From the NCBI RefSeq assembly GCF_030144855.1, contig NC_082721.1:82584001-82648000 (forward strand): a stretch of 64,000 bases of DNA, in the 5' to 3' direction. The notes under the pieces were generated by a model. That model was given only the letters and a program-made list of their open reading frames with translations, made no database searches and was not told the DNA's origin. Numbering within the stretch: the first letter of the stretch is position 1; the number at the start of each line of letters is the position of its first letter. The position numbers and the translations under genes were made by a program. This document shows, piece after piece, positions 35,896 to 48,430 of the stretch. Origin of the DNA: Hypanus sabinus (lineage: Eukaryota).

Positions 35896-37149
35896 CTCCA
35901 GAACTTCCTTCAACTTGCATTCTGAGTCCTTCAAGTCTGGCTTTTGTCGAAGATGGGTGGATTAAGGTTTTGGATTGGTTCAAACTCTCTGCTCTAAAAT
36001 TTGGAGATTCTCTGAAGGTGATCCTTGGTACGTAAGTGCTTCTCCCACAATGATTCTCTTTCTAAGTTCAGTTGGAATTTCTACATCAGGGAAATGAGGT
36101 AAGGATAAAACAGCACAGCTCAGAACTCATTCACATAGTTCATTAACACTGCCAAAATGCCAGATTTATACTGCCCCTTCTGTGTTTAAATGCACTTGCT
36201 CTCTCTCAACATGTAGTTAACCCTGTTTTCAGGTGCCTTTTAAGCTACCTTCCACCTCTAGACATTGCTTATCCTCTGACTCTGCTTGACTTCAGATTGT
36301 ACTCAGCATGCTGAGACCTTTTCATTTTGTTTCTGACAGTGCAATGTTCTTGTTAAACACTGTAACCCATATATGCAAATCTTTCTTTAAGCAGTTGCCA
36401 TTTTGCTCCCAACTAATAGATCCCAATCTCAGCTCCTTGCTTATCAGATACCAGCACTGGTGTCCCTTTGTGTTCCTGCTTATCTACCTGCTGTGCCTGT
36501 TTCCAGACTTAACACTCCTCTCCTCATGTCTTGCTCCATCTGCCTCTCATTTTCCCCCTCTCTTTTTCTGCTTTTGTCTAATCCACCGCCATTGTCTCCT
36601 AACTCCACTCAAAGCCTTTTCCTCCTCGACCTGGTACAGCGATCTATTGTCTTACTCCTTGTCACCTCACTAATCACTTTGGTCTGTCTCACCACTCCTC
36701 CTGAGGGAGCATCTCACTCCTCCCACTCTGTCACGATGAAGGGCTTCACTCAAAGCAACACCATTTCCTTTTCTCCCACTGACGCTGCTCGAACGCCCTG
36801 CAGCTTTCTGCCGGTTGAATGTCTGATGCAGGCTGTTATTACTTTACTTACTTCTTTCTCTTTTTATTCTTGTTCTAAATACTCCCTCTTTTATCTTGGT
36901 CAACATCCCTGCTTCCTAAGCTGCTTCCAGTCCTCAGGCTTATAGATTCTTGGGACATCTGTGCTTTTTGAGAAGCTTCTCTGAGGAACTTGCAAAAGTT
37001 GAAAATACTTGATGCATAAGTTTGTTACTCTATATTACTGTCTTCACTGTTACAGTAAAAAATTCTGACATATAAAAATAATGTGAATCTTTTCCTGTTC
37101 TCATGAAGTTCTGTGTATTTAATTACAATCCTGTCCAGAGATGAGTGTG

Positions 37150-37612
37150 TTTAATAGGCCGGTTGATTAGAGTTCAAGGGTGTGCATGTCCTTGTATGGG
37201 TGAAATGTAAAACATGGGAAGCATTGGTGAGCTTGGGTGACAAGAGTTAATAAATGTACAGTGAAAAATAAAGAAGCATAAGTAAGGTTTAGGAAGCTGA
37301 AATCAGACAAAGCCCTCGAGAATATAAAGGAAGCAAGAAAGAAATTTTTCCAGAAATTTGGAGAATTACAAAGGGTGAAGAAATATCCTTGCCAAGTAGA
37401 ATTAAGGAGAATCTCAGGGCATTTTATAGGTGCATTGTGAATCAAAAGTATGGGTCCAATTCTGGACAATAGAGGACATTTAGTCACAAAGGCAGAGGAA
37501 GTGTGTGAGGCCCTTAATGAGAACTTTGCTTTGGTGTTCACCGGAGAGAAGATCATAGATGATGGTAAGATTAAGGGGGAGTATGTTGACTCAATACTGA
37601 ATGGACTCATTG
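37150..37612 (+). mobile_element. CR1 ORF2 internal fragment
   Basis: MGPILDNRGHLVTKAEEVCEALNENFALVFTGEK. Confidence 0.7.
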
Positions 37613-37614
37613 GT

Positions 37615-39270
37615 AATAGTCAGCCTGGATCCCAGGGTGTACAGAGGCTCCACTTCCCTGCTGCCACTCTTTTACCCAAGCGGTCACCGCGTCTGAGTAC
37701 TGGGAGCATTGGGGTTCGGGAGCACTGGGTGCACTCGGCCCCGGTTAAGTTGGGGTATATGGTGGGTGGCAATCCTCATCATGGTCACTGTCCTCAAACA
37801 GGGTTGGATGCCAGACGTGGGTTCGGGATCCCGTATTGGCCCTGGATCTCGCATGTGGCACTGGCGATCTAAGCCTTCAGGTCTGTCCACATCTGCCTTT
37901 GTCTGTTTTCTTTGTTTCTCTCATTCTCTTTTTCTTCTCCCATCTACCCATTCGCACTCTGCCTTTAACGTTTCCCAACTCTTGGGATTTCCTTCTGACG
38001 TAGATACCTCTACATCCCTTTATCACATGCATTGTTCCTCCAACTGGCTAGTAAAGTACTATTCCATGTGGTATCAGCTTTATCTTTCCATTCTTTAATC
38101 AATAATTTCCACATTTTACTGCAATTCTTTATCCAAATTAAATTTACAGCTTGTTCACGGAGGTTATATTGCATGTTCCCCCAGTGGCCACACACTATTT
38201 CCCAATTTCTTTGTTAGTGCTGCACTTAACATCCGGATAGACTGCAGGGGAGACCCTTTCCCCTCTGTTTGAATAAACGTCTGTCCCAATCTGTGCTGGC
38301 TAATTTACTGGGTCAACTATCTGTTGCCCAATTAGTTACTTCAATTTACCAGGCCGCAGCCACTGGCCCGCCGGATCAATTAGAATAGACCAGGTCGGTT
38401 ACCCCACTTATCTAATTACTGGGTTTCTGCCACCAGCCCAAAAGGTTACTGCCCCTAATCTGCTGCCCAATCACTGCGACCAACCCCAAAAGAAAAATGT
38501 AATAGATCACTGCCACTGATCCACTGCCCAATTCTTCAGTACCCACAGACTTTAATACTCACGATCATAACTGCTTGCATTATTCTCCTTTAATACTTAT
38601 AAAAACAACTGCTTAACTTATTCTCCAGGTCTGGGTTGTTCATTGGATCCCGTCAAGGTACAGGATCCTCAGGGCGAGGGGCAGGAGTTTTTCAAATGAG
38701 TGGAACAGATGGTCAGAGGTAAAACACCAGGGCAACCTACCGCCCGTTTACACTCACCCGGAATCCCCCATCACTTATTCAGCCAGAACAGACGTTCCCT
38801 ATGTTGGAATCTGATTCACAACACCAAATGTAAGCTTAAATTCGCCCAAAAACCACACCGCAAACAGTTCATTATGTTATCGTTTTCACCAGTTTATTTG
38901 TTCAAACCCAGCTGGCGGAAGGCTTGGAGCGGCATACCAGAGGGACAGTGTTCCTCTCCCTCTAGAAGCTCTTAACGGACCTCTGTCTAACATGCAGTAA
39001 TGTTACAATTTATAGAACTAGCGAGACAAAGAGCACTGAGTTCAACAGGTATTTCCACCAAGTCAGTTGGAGCAAAACTTAATTGTTTTGATAAAAGAGT
39101 CCACTAAATCAAGGTTTTAATTACAGACAGATGTTCATTCATGTCCTTATCAGTGAGTCCTCCCTTTTTCCCTGAAACAAACAAGGGAACATAGCTCAGT
39201 GGTGTGAAACCGTAAGGCATGGTGTGTGTGACCTGTGTGAACCCAGCCCCCATATCGTTCTCAAGAGACA
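37615..39270 (-). mobile_element. Class I (gamma/epsilon-like) endogenous retrovirus relic: 5' LTR, PBS, leader and gag N-terminus
   Basis: LTR ~39270-38829 (TGT...ACA) with TATAAAT (39008-39014) and AATAAA (38893-38898). PBS TGGTGTTGTGAATCAGAT (38809-38826) is 14/18 to tRNA-His. Gag-like WPLG(G)TC, HPPY and PSAP motifs appear across frameshifts. Confidence 0.6.
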
Positions 39271-40149
39271 TCTATGAGTCATTAATCTAAATAAGCTGCA
39301 GACAGATTCCTCAGTGAAGGACAAATGGAAATTTGTACACTATCCAGAACAGAACACTCATTGGCCCTTAATTTTAACCCATTATTTACAAGAGTCCAAG
39401 AATCATTTCTTATGTCCCCAATACCCTTAAAACTTCATCAACAAGGGCTAGCAGTTTCAGGACGGAGAGATCGAGCGGTGGAGAAAAATCTTCACACAGA
39501 TGTAGTGAAGACCAAATCACTAAACGTATTTCAAAAGGAAGACAGACTTCAAGACACTATTAGCACTTACATAGAGAACGCGGGCACCTCTTCAGTGCAA
39601 CAGTTTGAACAAACTTCATTTCCATCTGTTCCACACAAAATAAATGTTTGGTTCAATGGTTCCATTTAATATCAGATAATGTATATAGTATACAACCTGA
39701 AATTCTTGTTCTTTACAGACATCCATGAAACAGAAGGAAAAAACCCGAAGAATGAATAACAGAAAACATTTTAACCCCAAAGCCCCTCTCCTCCCATGCA
39801 CAAGCAACCAAAGCATCAGTCTCCCCATCCCTCTGACTCCACTTGCTCCAGCAAACACATCAACCCTCGCTCCCACCACCCACCACGCAAACAAAGCAAA
39901 ATCCCCAGAGACCAATGTCGAGAGTCCATCAGAAACTACTGTCCATCACAACACATCATCATCTCAGAAAGGATGATTTTATCAGCATAATTCTGGTCCT
40001 TGCATATCCAAACTGAAGGAATATTTTCAGTCACAAACATTAAATACTATTGTTCTAAAATGGGTGGATCTGATGTCAAACAGTATTATGGTCCATCACC
40101 GAATTCTGCAAAAGTTTTGCCTTGAGATATTTAAGTTCTATCTTACCAA

Positions 40150-40580
40150 TCATCATTCAGCATAAATTACCAGATTAAAGTTAAATATCAACATCATATG
40201 TTGTGAGAGTTGTTAACTTGGTGGCAGTCGCACAATGAAATACATGATCAATATAAAACACAATTATATTATAGTAAAGATATAGTTAAATTAAAATAAA
40301 GTGCAAAATCAGAAATACTAATAAGTAGTGAGGTAGAGTTCATGGGTCAATGTCCATTTAGGACTCGAATGGCAGAGAGGAAGAAGCTATTCCTGAATCT
40401 GTGTTTATGGCTTCAGGCTTCTGTATCTTGTCCCTGACGGTAACAATGAGAAGAAGGGATGTCCTGTGTGATGTATGTGCGTAATGCTGGACGCTGCCTT
40501 TCTGAGGCACAAGTCCTTGAAGATGTCTTGGATACTACGGAGCCTACTACCCATGATGGAGCTGACCAACTTTACAATAT
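40150..40580 (-). mobile_element. Rex1/Babar LINE 3' fragment
   Basis: LRSIQDIFKDLCLRKAAS..HPFFSLLPSGTRYRSLK. Confidence 0.7.
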
Positions 40581-40666
40581 AAAGTAATGAAAAATTTCTG
40601 CCTGTTTTCATAAACTGAAGCCAAAAAATGAGATAGGAAGCCGGCAACTGCCCATCTTATAAAACA

Positions 40667-42177
40667 CAGTGGGGCTGGTAAGTTTGTGAATCCTGTAGAA
40701 GGTTCTCTATTTCTGCATGAATACAACCTAAAATATGATCAGGTCTTCATGCAAATCATAAAACCAGATGATGAGTTAAATAAGTAACCCCAAAAGCATT
40801 ATACTTGTTTATTTATTTATTGAGAAAAATGACCCAATATTACATGTATTTGCTGGGAAAAGAATGTGAACCTCTGAGGTAATGCAAATGTTCCAATCAA
40901 TGAGATGAGGTTGAAGGAGTGAGTTGAAGAGGTGCCCTCCCCTATTAAAAAAGTCAAAGTCAGGTTACTGACAGAGCCTGCTCTTCTCATGAAAGATCTG
41001 TTTATGTGCACCATGCCTCAATCAAAACAACTTTCAGAGAACCTTAGAAGAAGAATTGTAGAGATGCATGAAGCTGGAAAAGGCTACACAAGCATTTCTA
41101 AAGACCTGAGTGTTCATCAGTCGACAGTAAGAGAAATTGTCTACAAATGGAGGAAACTATTGCTACTGTTCCTGGGGATGGGCGTCCTTCAAAGATCACA
41201 CCAGAAGAACCCAAGGGTAACAGCAAAAGATCTGCAGAAATCTCTAGAACTCGCTAAAGTCTCTGTACATGTGTCCACTATAAGAAAAACAAGAATTGTG
41301 TTCCTGGAACCACGGAGGAAATCACTGCTCTCCAAAACAAAACATTACTGTATGTCTCAAGTTTGCAAAAGGCTACCTGGATGTTTTACCACACTTCTGG
41401 AACAATGTTCTGTGGACAGATGAAACAAAAGTTGAACTTTTTGGAAGAAACTGTGTGGAGGAGAAATGGCACTGCACACCAACACCAACATCGCATCCCA
41501 AATGTGAAGTGTGGTGGAAGGAGGATAGGGTTTGGGGCTGCTGTGCTGCCTCAGGGCCTGGACTGTTTGCAATCGCTGAGGGAACAATGAAGTCAAAATT
41601 GTATCAAAACTTATTACAGGAGAATGTCAGGTTAACAGTCAGTCACCAGATGCTTAATAGAAGTTCGATAATGCAATGAGACAATGATCCCAAATGCAAG
41701 AGTAAACCAACAGCAGAATGACTGAAAAAGAAGAGAATTGGTGGTTTGGAATGGCTGAGTCAAAGTCCTGACCTTAAACCTATAGAAATGTTGTGGAAGG
41801 ACCTGAAGAAATCTGTTCATGCAAGAAAGCCCACCAGCATCCCAGAGGTGAAGCAGTTTTGTAAGGAGTAATGCCCCAAAATTCCTCCAAGCCGACGTGC
41901 TGGACTGAAACGTTTGGTTGAAGCTATTGCTGTACAAGGGGGTCACACCAGTTCCTGAAAACAAAAGTTCACATACTTTTTCCAACAAATACATGTAATT
42001 CTGGATCATTTTTCGCAATAAATAAATGAACAAGTATAATTTTTTTGTGTTATTTATTTAATTGCGTTCCCTTTATCTAGTTTAAGGACCTAGGTGAAGA
42101 TCTGATCACATTTTAGGTCACACTTATGCAGAAATAGAGAAAATTCTATAGGGTTCACAAATTTTCTGGCACCATTG
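40667..42177 (+). mobile_element. Tc1-family DNA transposon, decayed but full span
   Basis: Long imperfect TIRs (CAGTGGGGCTGGTAAGTTTGTGAATCC... vs reverse complement CAATGGTGCCAGAAAATTTGTGAACCC...). Transposase from ATG 41013 (MPQSKQLSENLRRRIVEMH, WTDETKVELFG, DNDPK, SQSPDLKPIEMLW) has stops and frameshifts; TA TSDs are mutated. Confidence 0.9.
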
Positions 42178-42179
42178 AA

Positions 42180-42830
42180 TGTCACCCCGCTGCTTCCACT
42201 GCGCAATGCCCAGGGCATCCCGATCCTCTAGGAACTCACCCGAATCAATGTTGGCCGAATCTAACACAGAGGACAGGAAGGAGCCCAATGAAGTGCGGTA
42301 TCTGCGACCGGTCAGCTTTTGCCTAACGTAAAACAGTGAAGTGAAAATAAGAAACGAGTATCCAAGAAATGGTCTGAAACGCCCTTGACAAGTTATGCAC
42401 AATAAAGAGACACATTTATCAACTGTGGCAGGTTAAAGATCCGTTCTGTTTCACAGAAGCACACAGTTATAAACATTCAGCATCTGATTCTGGGAGCTCA
42501 AACAGATGCATGGACATTTATTACGTTTAGAGGTATTTGACCTACCTGTTATGATGGCAAGTGCTGTGAGAAATAAAACATAACCGCCCGCGAAAATCGG
42601 TGTGTAATCCGTAATGAGTGCCTGTCAAAGAGGGCGTGATCCGGAGTTGACGAGGTTTCAGACCTTGTGCTTGTGATCCGCGGCTGTCGATGTCGGTGGG
42701 TGGCACCAAACACAGCAGCTCCGGCCATCGATCAGCATCCGTGATGCTGGGACAGGGTTAATTTCTCACGGTCAGTACGAGGTACCAGGGGAGCTCAGAC
42801 GGACTTCTCTTCCTGGGTGGATTCAAAGAT
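42180..42830. other. CpG-retaining, apparently non-repetitive segment; candidate cis-regulatory element
   Basis: Visibly more CpG dinucleotides than the flanking decayed repeats; no ORF or repeat family recognised. Confidence 0.35.
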
Positions 42831-43039
42831 TCAAAGTACTTTTATTATCGAAGTACGTATGCAGTGTACAACTCTGAGATTCATCTTCCGCACAGACAGC
42901 CACGAAATAAAGAAAACCGTGGAACCCGTTCAAAGAAAAAACATCAACCCCTCACCCCTCCTCACGAGGAAAAATAACCAAATTGCACAAACGCAACAAA
43001 TAAAAGAGCGGAAAAAACCCCAGAAAATGAAACGCACAA

Positions 43040-44690
43040 TTAAGAGTCCAGCCATACGGAAAAGGATCTTGGCGATTGTAGGGATGACTTACAGCAGTTT
43101 GCTTGAGCATATAGGCATTAAGAAAGAGGATGTGCAGGAGCTTTCAGAAAGCATCAAGTTGGATAAGTCTCCGGGACTGGACGAAATGTACCCCAGGCTT
43201 CTGTGGGAGGTGAGGGGGGAGATTGCTGAGCCTCTGGCGATGATCTTTGCATCATCAATGGGGACGGGAGAAGTTCCAGAGGATTGGAGGATTGCAGATG
43301 TTGTTCCTTTATTCAAGAAAGGGAGTAGAGGTGGCCCAGGAAATCATAGACTAGTGAGTCTTACCTCAGTGGTTGGTAAGTTGATGGAGAAGATCCTGAG
43401 AGGCAGGATTTATGAACATTTGGAGGGGCATAATATGATTAGGAATAGTCAGCACGGCTTTTTCAAGGGCAGGTTGTGTCTTAAGAGCCTGATTGAAATT
43501 TTTGAGGATGTGACTAAACACGATAATGAAGGTAGACCAGTAGATGTAGTGTATATGGACTTCAATAAGGTACCCCATGCAAGGCTTATTGAGAAAGTAT
43601 GGAATCTAAGGGGATCTTGCTTTGTGGATTGAGAATTGGCTTGCCCACAGAAGGCAAAGAGTGGTTGTAGACAGATCATACTCTCTACGGAGGGTGGTGA
43701 CCAGTGGTGTGCCTCAAGGATCTGTATTAGGACCCTTTCTCTTCGTGATTTTTATAAATGAACTGAATTAGGAAGTGGAAGGATGGGTTAGTAACTTTTC
43801 TGATGACACAAAGGATGAGGATGTTGTGGATAGTCTGGAGGGCTGTTAGAGGTTACAGTGGGACATTGATAGGATGCAAAATGGGGCTGAGAAGTGGCAG
43901 ATGGAGGTTAACCCAGATAAGTGTGAGGTGGTTCATTTTGGTAGGTCAAATATCATGGCAGAATATAGTATTAATGGTAAGACTCTTGGCAGTGTAGAGG
44001 ATCAGAGGGATCTTGGGGTCCAAGTCTATAGGATACCCAAAGCTGCTGCAGGTTGAATCTGTGGTTAAGAAGGCATATGGTGCATTGGCCTTCATCAATC
44101 ATGGGATTGAGTTTAAGAGCCAAGAGGTAAAGTTACAGTTACATAGGAACCTGGTCAGACCCCACTTGGAGTACTGTGCTCAGTTCTCATCATCTCACTA
44201 CAGGAAAGATGTAGAAACTTTAGAAAGGGTGCAGAGGAGATTTACAAGGATGTTGGCTGGATTGGGGAGCCCGCTTTATGAGAATAGGTTGAGTGAACTT
44301 GGCCTTTTCTCCTTAGAGTGACAGAGGATGAGAGGTGACCTGATAGAGGTGTATAAGATGATGAAAGACTTTGATCATGTGGATAGTCAGAGGCTTTTTC
44401 CCAGTGCTGAAATGGCTGGCACGAGATTGCATAGTTTTAAGGTGCTTCGAAATAAGTCCAGAGGAGAAGTCAGGGGTAATTTATTTATTTTTAAAAACGC
44501 AGAGAGTGGCAGAGAGTGGGCTGCCAGTGATGGTGGTGGAGAGTCCTGGATAAGTACATAGAGCTTAGAAAAATAGAGGGCTACGGGTAACTCTAGGTAA
44601 TTTATAAAGTAAGTACATGTTTGGCACAGCATTGTGGGCTGAACGGCCTGTATTGTGCTGTAGTTTTTCTATTTTTCTATCTTCAGGTCA
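43040..44690 (+). mobile_element. 5'-truncated CR1 LINE (RT pseudogene)
   Basis: ORFs 43027-44561 (KSPGLDE, HRLVSLTS, VYMDFNK, LVRPHLEY); 3' tail near 44680. Confidence 0.9.
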
Positions 44691-45379
44691 GCTGTGTTGG
44701 CTAGCTATAGGCTGCCCCAATTCAAAAATGCCCAAAATAGCAAGAAAAAAACGTAGTGGCCAGAAACTGGAAACACATCATAATGTCAACTACAGAGTCC
44801 AATCTATAAACCAGAACTCCGGCACCATTCTCCGACAGCATTGAGGGTGAAAGAGAGAGACCGTCATACGCAAACACCTTCCTCAGAGGAAAAGAGCAAG
44901 AGGCCGGTAGACTGGGCTGAACATCTGCAAGATTTGACAAATGTCTGTAAATGTGTAATGGAGAGTAGTGACTGGCTGCATCATGGCCTGGTATGGAAAC
45001 ATCCCCACCGCTGATACATATTAAACATTTAGATGATAATGTGATAAAGTAGATCAGCAAATTTGTGGATGACACCAAGATACTGGACATCAAAGTATGC
45101 AATGCAATCTGGTCTAGTTGGAAAAATAGACTCAGAAGTGGCAGATGGAATTTCATACAGACAAGTGTGAGGTGGGAGGACAAACCAGAATAGGACTTAC
45201 ACAGTGAGGAGTGTAGAACAAAGGGATCAGCAAATTATCAGATTGATAATTCTTTGAAAGTGGAGAACAAGTACATGGGGTCGTGAAGTGAGCTTTTGGC
45301 TCAATGGCCTTCGTAGATCAGAGCACTGAGTACAGTAGTTGGGATGTAATGTTTAAGCTGTAGAAGAATATAGAACATA

Positions 45380-46700
45380 GACATAGAAATCTACAACACA
45401 CCACAGGCCTTTCAGCCCACAATGTTGTGCCAACCATGTAACCTAGTCTAGGAACCACCTAGAATTTCCTACCACAAAGCCCTCTACTTTTCTAAGCTCC
45501 ATATACATATTTAAGAGTCTCTTAAAAGACCCTATTATATCCACGTCCACCACTGCCACTGGCAGTGCATTCTATACACCCACCACTCTCTGTGTGAAAA
45601 ATCTACCTCTGATATCCCCTCTGTACCTACTTCCAAGCACCTTGAAACCACACCCCCTCCTGTTAGTCATTTGAGCCCTGGGAAAAAGCCTCTGACTATC
45701 CACACGATCAATGCCTCTCATCACTTTATACAGCTCTATCAGGTCACCTCTCATCCTTTTGCTCCAAGGAGAAAAGGCCAAGTTCATTCAATCTATTTTC
45801 ATAAAGCATGCTCTCCAATCCAGTCATCATCCTTGTAAATTTCCTCTGACCTTTCTCCATAGTATCCACATTCTTCCTGAAGTGTGGTAACCAGTACTGA
45901 ACACAATAATCCAAGCGCGGTCTAATTAAGGTCTTATATAACTGCAACATTACCTCACAGCTCTTGAACTTAATCCCATGGTTGATGAAGGTCAATACAC
46001 CATATGCTTTCTTAGCAACACTGTCAACCAGTGCAGCAGCTGTTTTGGCCCGAAACATCATCACTACCTCCTCCCATAGATGCTGTCTGGCCTGCTGAGC
46101 TCTGCCAGCATTTTTGTGTTTTTATTTATTTCCAGCATCTGCAGATTCACTCGTGTTGCAGCAGCTTTGATTGTTCATTGGACACAGACCCCAAGATCTC
46201 ACTGATCCTCTACAATGCCAAGAGCATTACCATTAATATTATATTCTGTCTTCAAATTTGACCTACCAAAATGAACCACTTCACACTTATCAGGGTTGAA
46301 CTCCATCTGCCACCTCTCAGCCGAGTTCTGCATTCTGCTGATGTCCCACTGCTACCCTTGACAACCCACGAGACTATCCACAACACACCAACCTTTGTGT
46401 CATCAGCAAACTTACTAACACACCCTTCTACTTCCTCATCCAGGTCATTTATACAAATCACAAAGAGGAGGGGCCCCAGAACAGATCCCAGCAAACCACC
46501 TCTGATCACTGACCTTCATGCAGAATATGAACCATCTACAACCACTCTTTCCCTTCTATGGGCGAGCCAACTCTTGATCGACAAAGTGAGGTCTCCTTGG
46601 ATCCCATGCCTCCTTACTTTCTGAATGAACCTCACATGGGGAACCTTATCAAATGCCTTACTGAAATCCGTATATATGACATTCGCCACTCTACCTTCAT
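45380..46700 (-). mobile_element. Decayed CR1 fragments with a short Penelope tail at ~46040-46150
   Basis: ORFs 45572-46731 (KFADDTKVG, YTDFSKAFDKV). Confidence 0.8.
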
Positions 46701-47833
46701 CAAGGTTTTGGTGAGGCCAAATTTGGAGCATTGTATGCAGTTCTGGTCACCAGCTATGGAAAGACCGCAATTGTTATGTACCCAGTAATGGGTTAAAAAG
46801 AACCAGCAGAAATGGACATGCCTGGAGTCTGTGCCTTCTTTCATAAACTCTATGTTATTAATAACTACATGATCAAGTGATATAAAACAAGATAAGGTAA
46901 ACAGGTCAGCAAAGTATATGCATATATGTAAGTGAGTAAATAAAGTTCCCAAGCTTCTCCCAGCTCAGGTGATTAGATGATACAGTCTTACGATGGGATG
47001 GTAAGTAGTCAGTTCAGTTCTGGAAATATTTGAGTAGAGTTGGAGACTCTACTTCCCAGTGCCGATGCCGTCGATCCTCCACGTCGTCCTCCTGCTCCCA
47101 AAATTCATCAAAGTCATTGACTTGTGACCACAAAAAGAGAAATACTAATTTTCCACAGTAAGTTGTCAACCCAGGCGAGGGTTAAACACTCCGAGAGCTC
47201 CCCACCGGTCACTCCTTTGTCCACACTGTGAGCAAAAACCCCACTCTTGTTGTGGGCATACAAAGCTCAACCAGTGTCTTCCTTCGTGTCTAACGTGTCT
47301 TGTGTGTCTGATTACAAATCCAGTTGACCTTGTATATATATCACAAATGCTGACTGTTAGCTGTCCATCATATAGCTCTGCCTTTCCATTTCCAAGGCAA
47401 CTCATAGACTTTCTCTCTCTCTGTTGCTGAAATAGCACACACGCTGTTCGCTCCCTCTCTCTCTTTTTAAAGGAACAGTCCACTTTAGAATAATCCTTCA
47501 GATCTTGTCACACACTCATTTTAAGAATAATTTTGATGAAACAGCAAAATTTTTGTCTTAACTATTGGTTATACAGCTTAAAGCAATACATGTGTAATTA
47601 TCAGGTAACATAGCAATGCAATACAAACTCAACCTTAACATCTAGATAAACAGTCTGCTATAATATTGTCAGTACCTTTCAAGTGTTTTATTTCCATGTC
47701 ATACTCTTGCAAGATCAGACTCCAGTTAAGTAACCTTCTATTCTTATCCTTCATTTTACTCAGAAACACTAATGGGTTATGGTCCATGTAAACCAGAAGT
47801 GGTTTCTGTGCGGGACATATGTAGACATTGAAA

Positions 47834-48430
47834 TGTCCTCTGAACACTCTATCAGGAATGTTGCCTGGTCCAGCAGCCTTCCGTGGGTTGGCCCTGCAGA
47901 GGGTTCTTCTCACATTGGCCATGGTGAGACACAGCACCTGGTCATTTATAGGAGGGGTGGACTCCCTTGCTGCCACATCATTTTCCACCTCAAACCGGGC
48001 ATAGAAGCTATTCAGCGCATCTTGAAGGGAGGCATCACCTGCAGAGTCAGGTGTTGTCCTGTAATTGGTGATGTCCTGGATGCCCTTCCAGATGCGCCAC
48101 GTGAAGCCGCTGTCCTGGAAGTGTCTGTGGATTAGCTGGGCGTGTGCACGCTTTGCCCTTCTGATGGCTCAGGACAGTTTGGCCCTTGCTGTTGTTAAAG
48201 CTGCCTTGTCGCCTGATCTGAAGTCGGAGTCGCGGGTCCTCAGCAGTGCATGCACCTCTGTGGTCATCCATGGCTTCTGGTTAGCATGTATGGTGATGGT
48301 CTTGGACACAGTGACATCATCGATGCACTTGCTGATGCAGCTGGTCACTGATGCTGTGTATTCCTCTAGGTTGGGAGAGTTGCCATCGGTTGCAGCCTCC
48401 CTGAAAACGTGCCAGTCAGAGTGCTCAAAG
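47834..48430 (-). mobile_element. Internal Rex1/Babar-type LINE ORF2 fragment embedded in the Gmr1 provirus
   Basis: [40 protein letters not shown]; no LINE 3' tail. Confidence 0.8.

Noticed and set aside
36300-36950. ORFs of 121 and 180 aa as a small gene
   Set aside because: Low-complexity Leu/Ser-rich translations of a pyrimidine-rich strand with no domain or splice support; origin unresolved.
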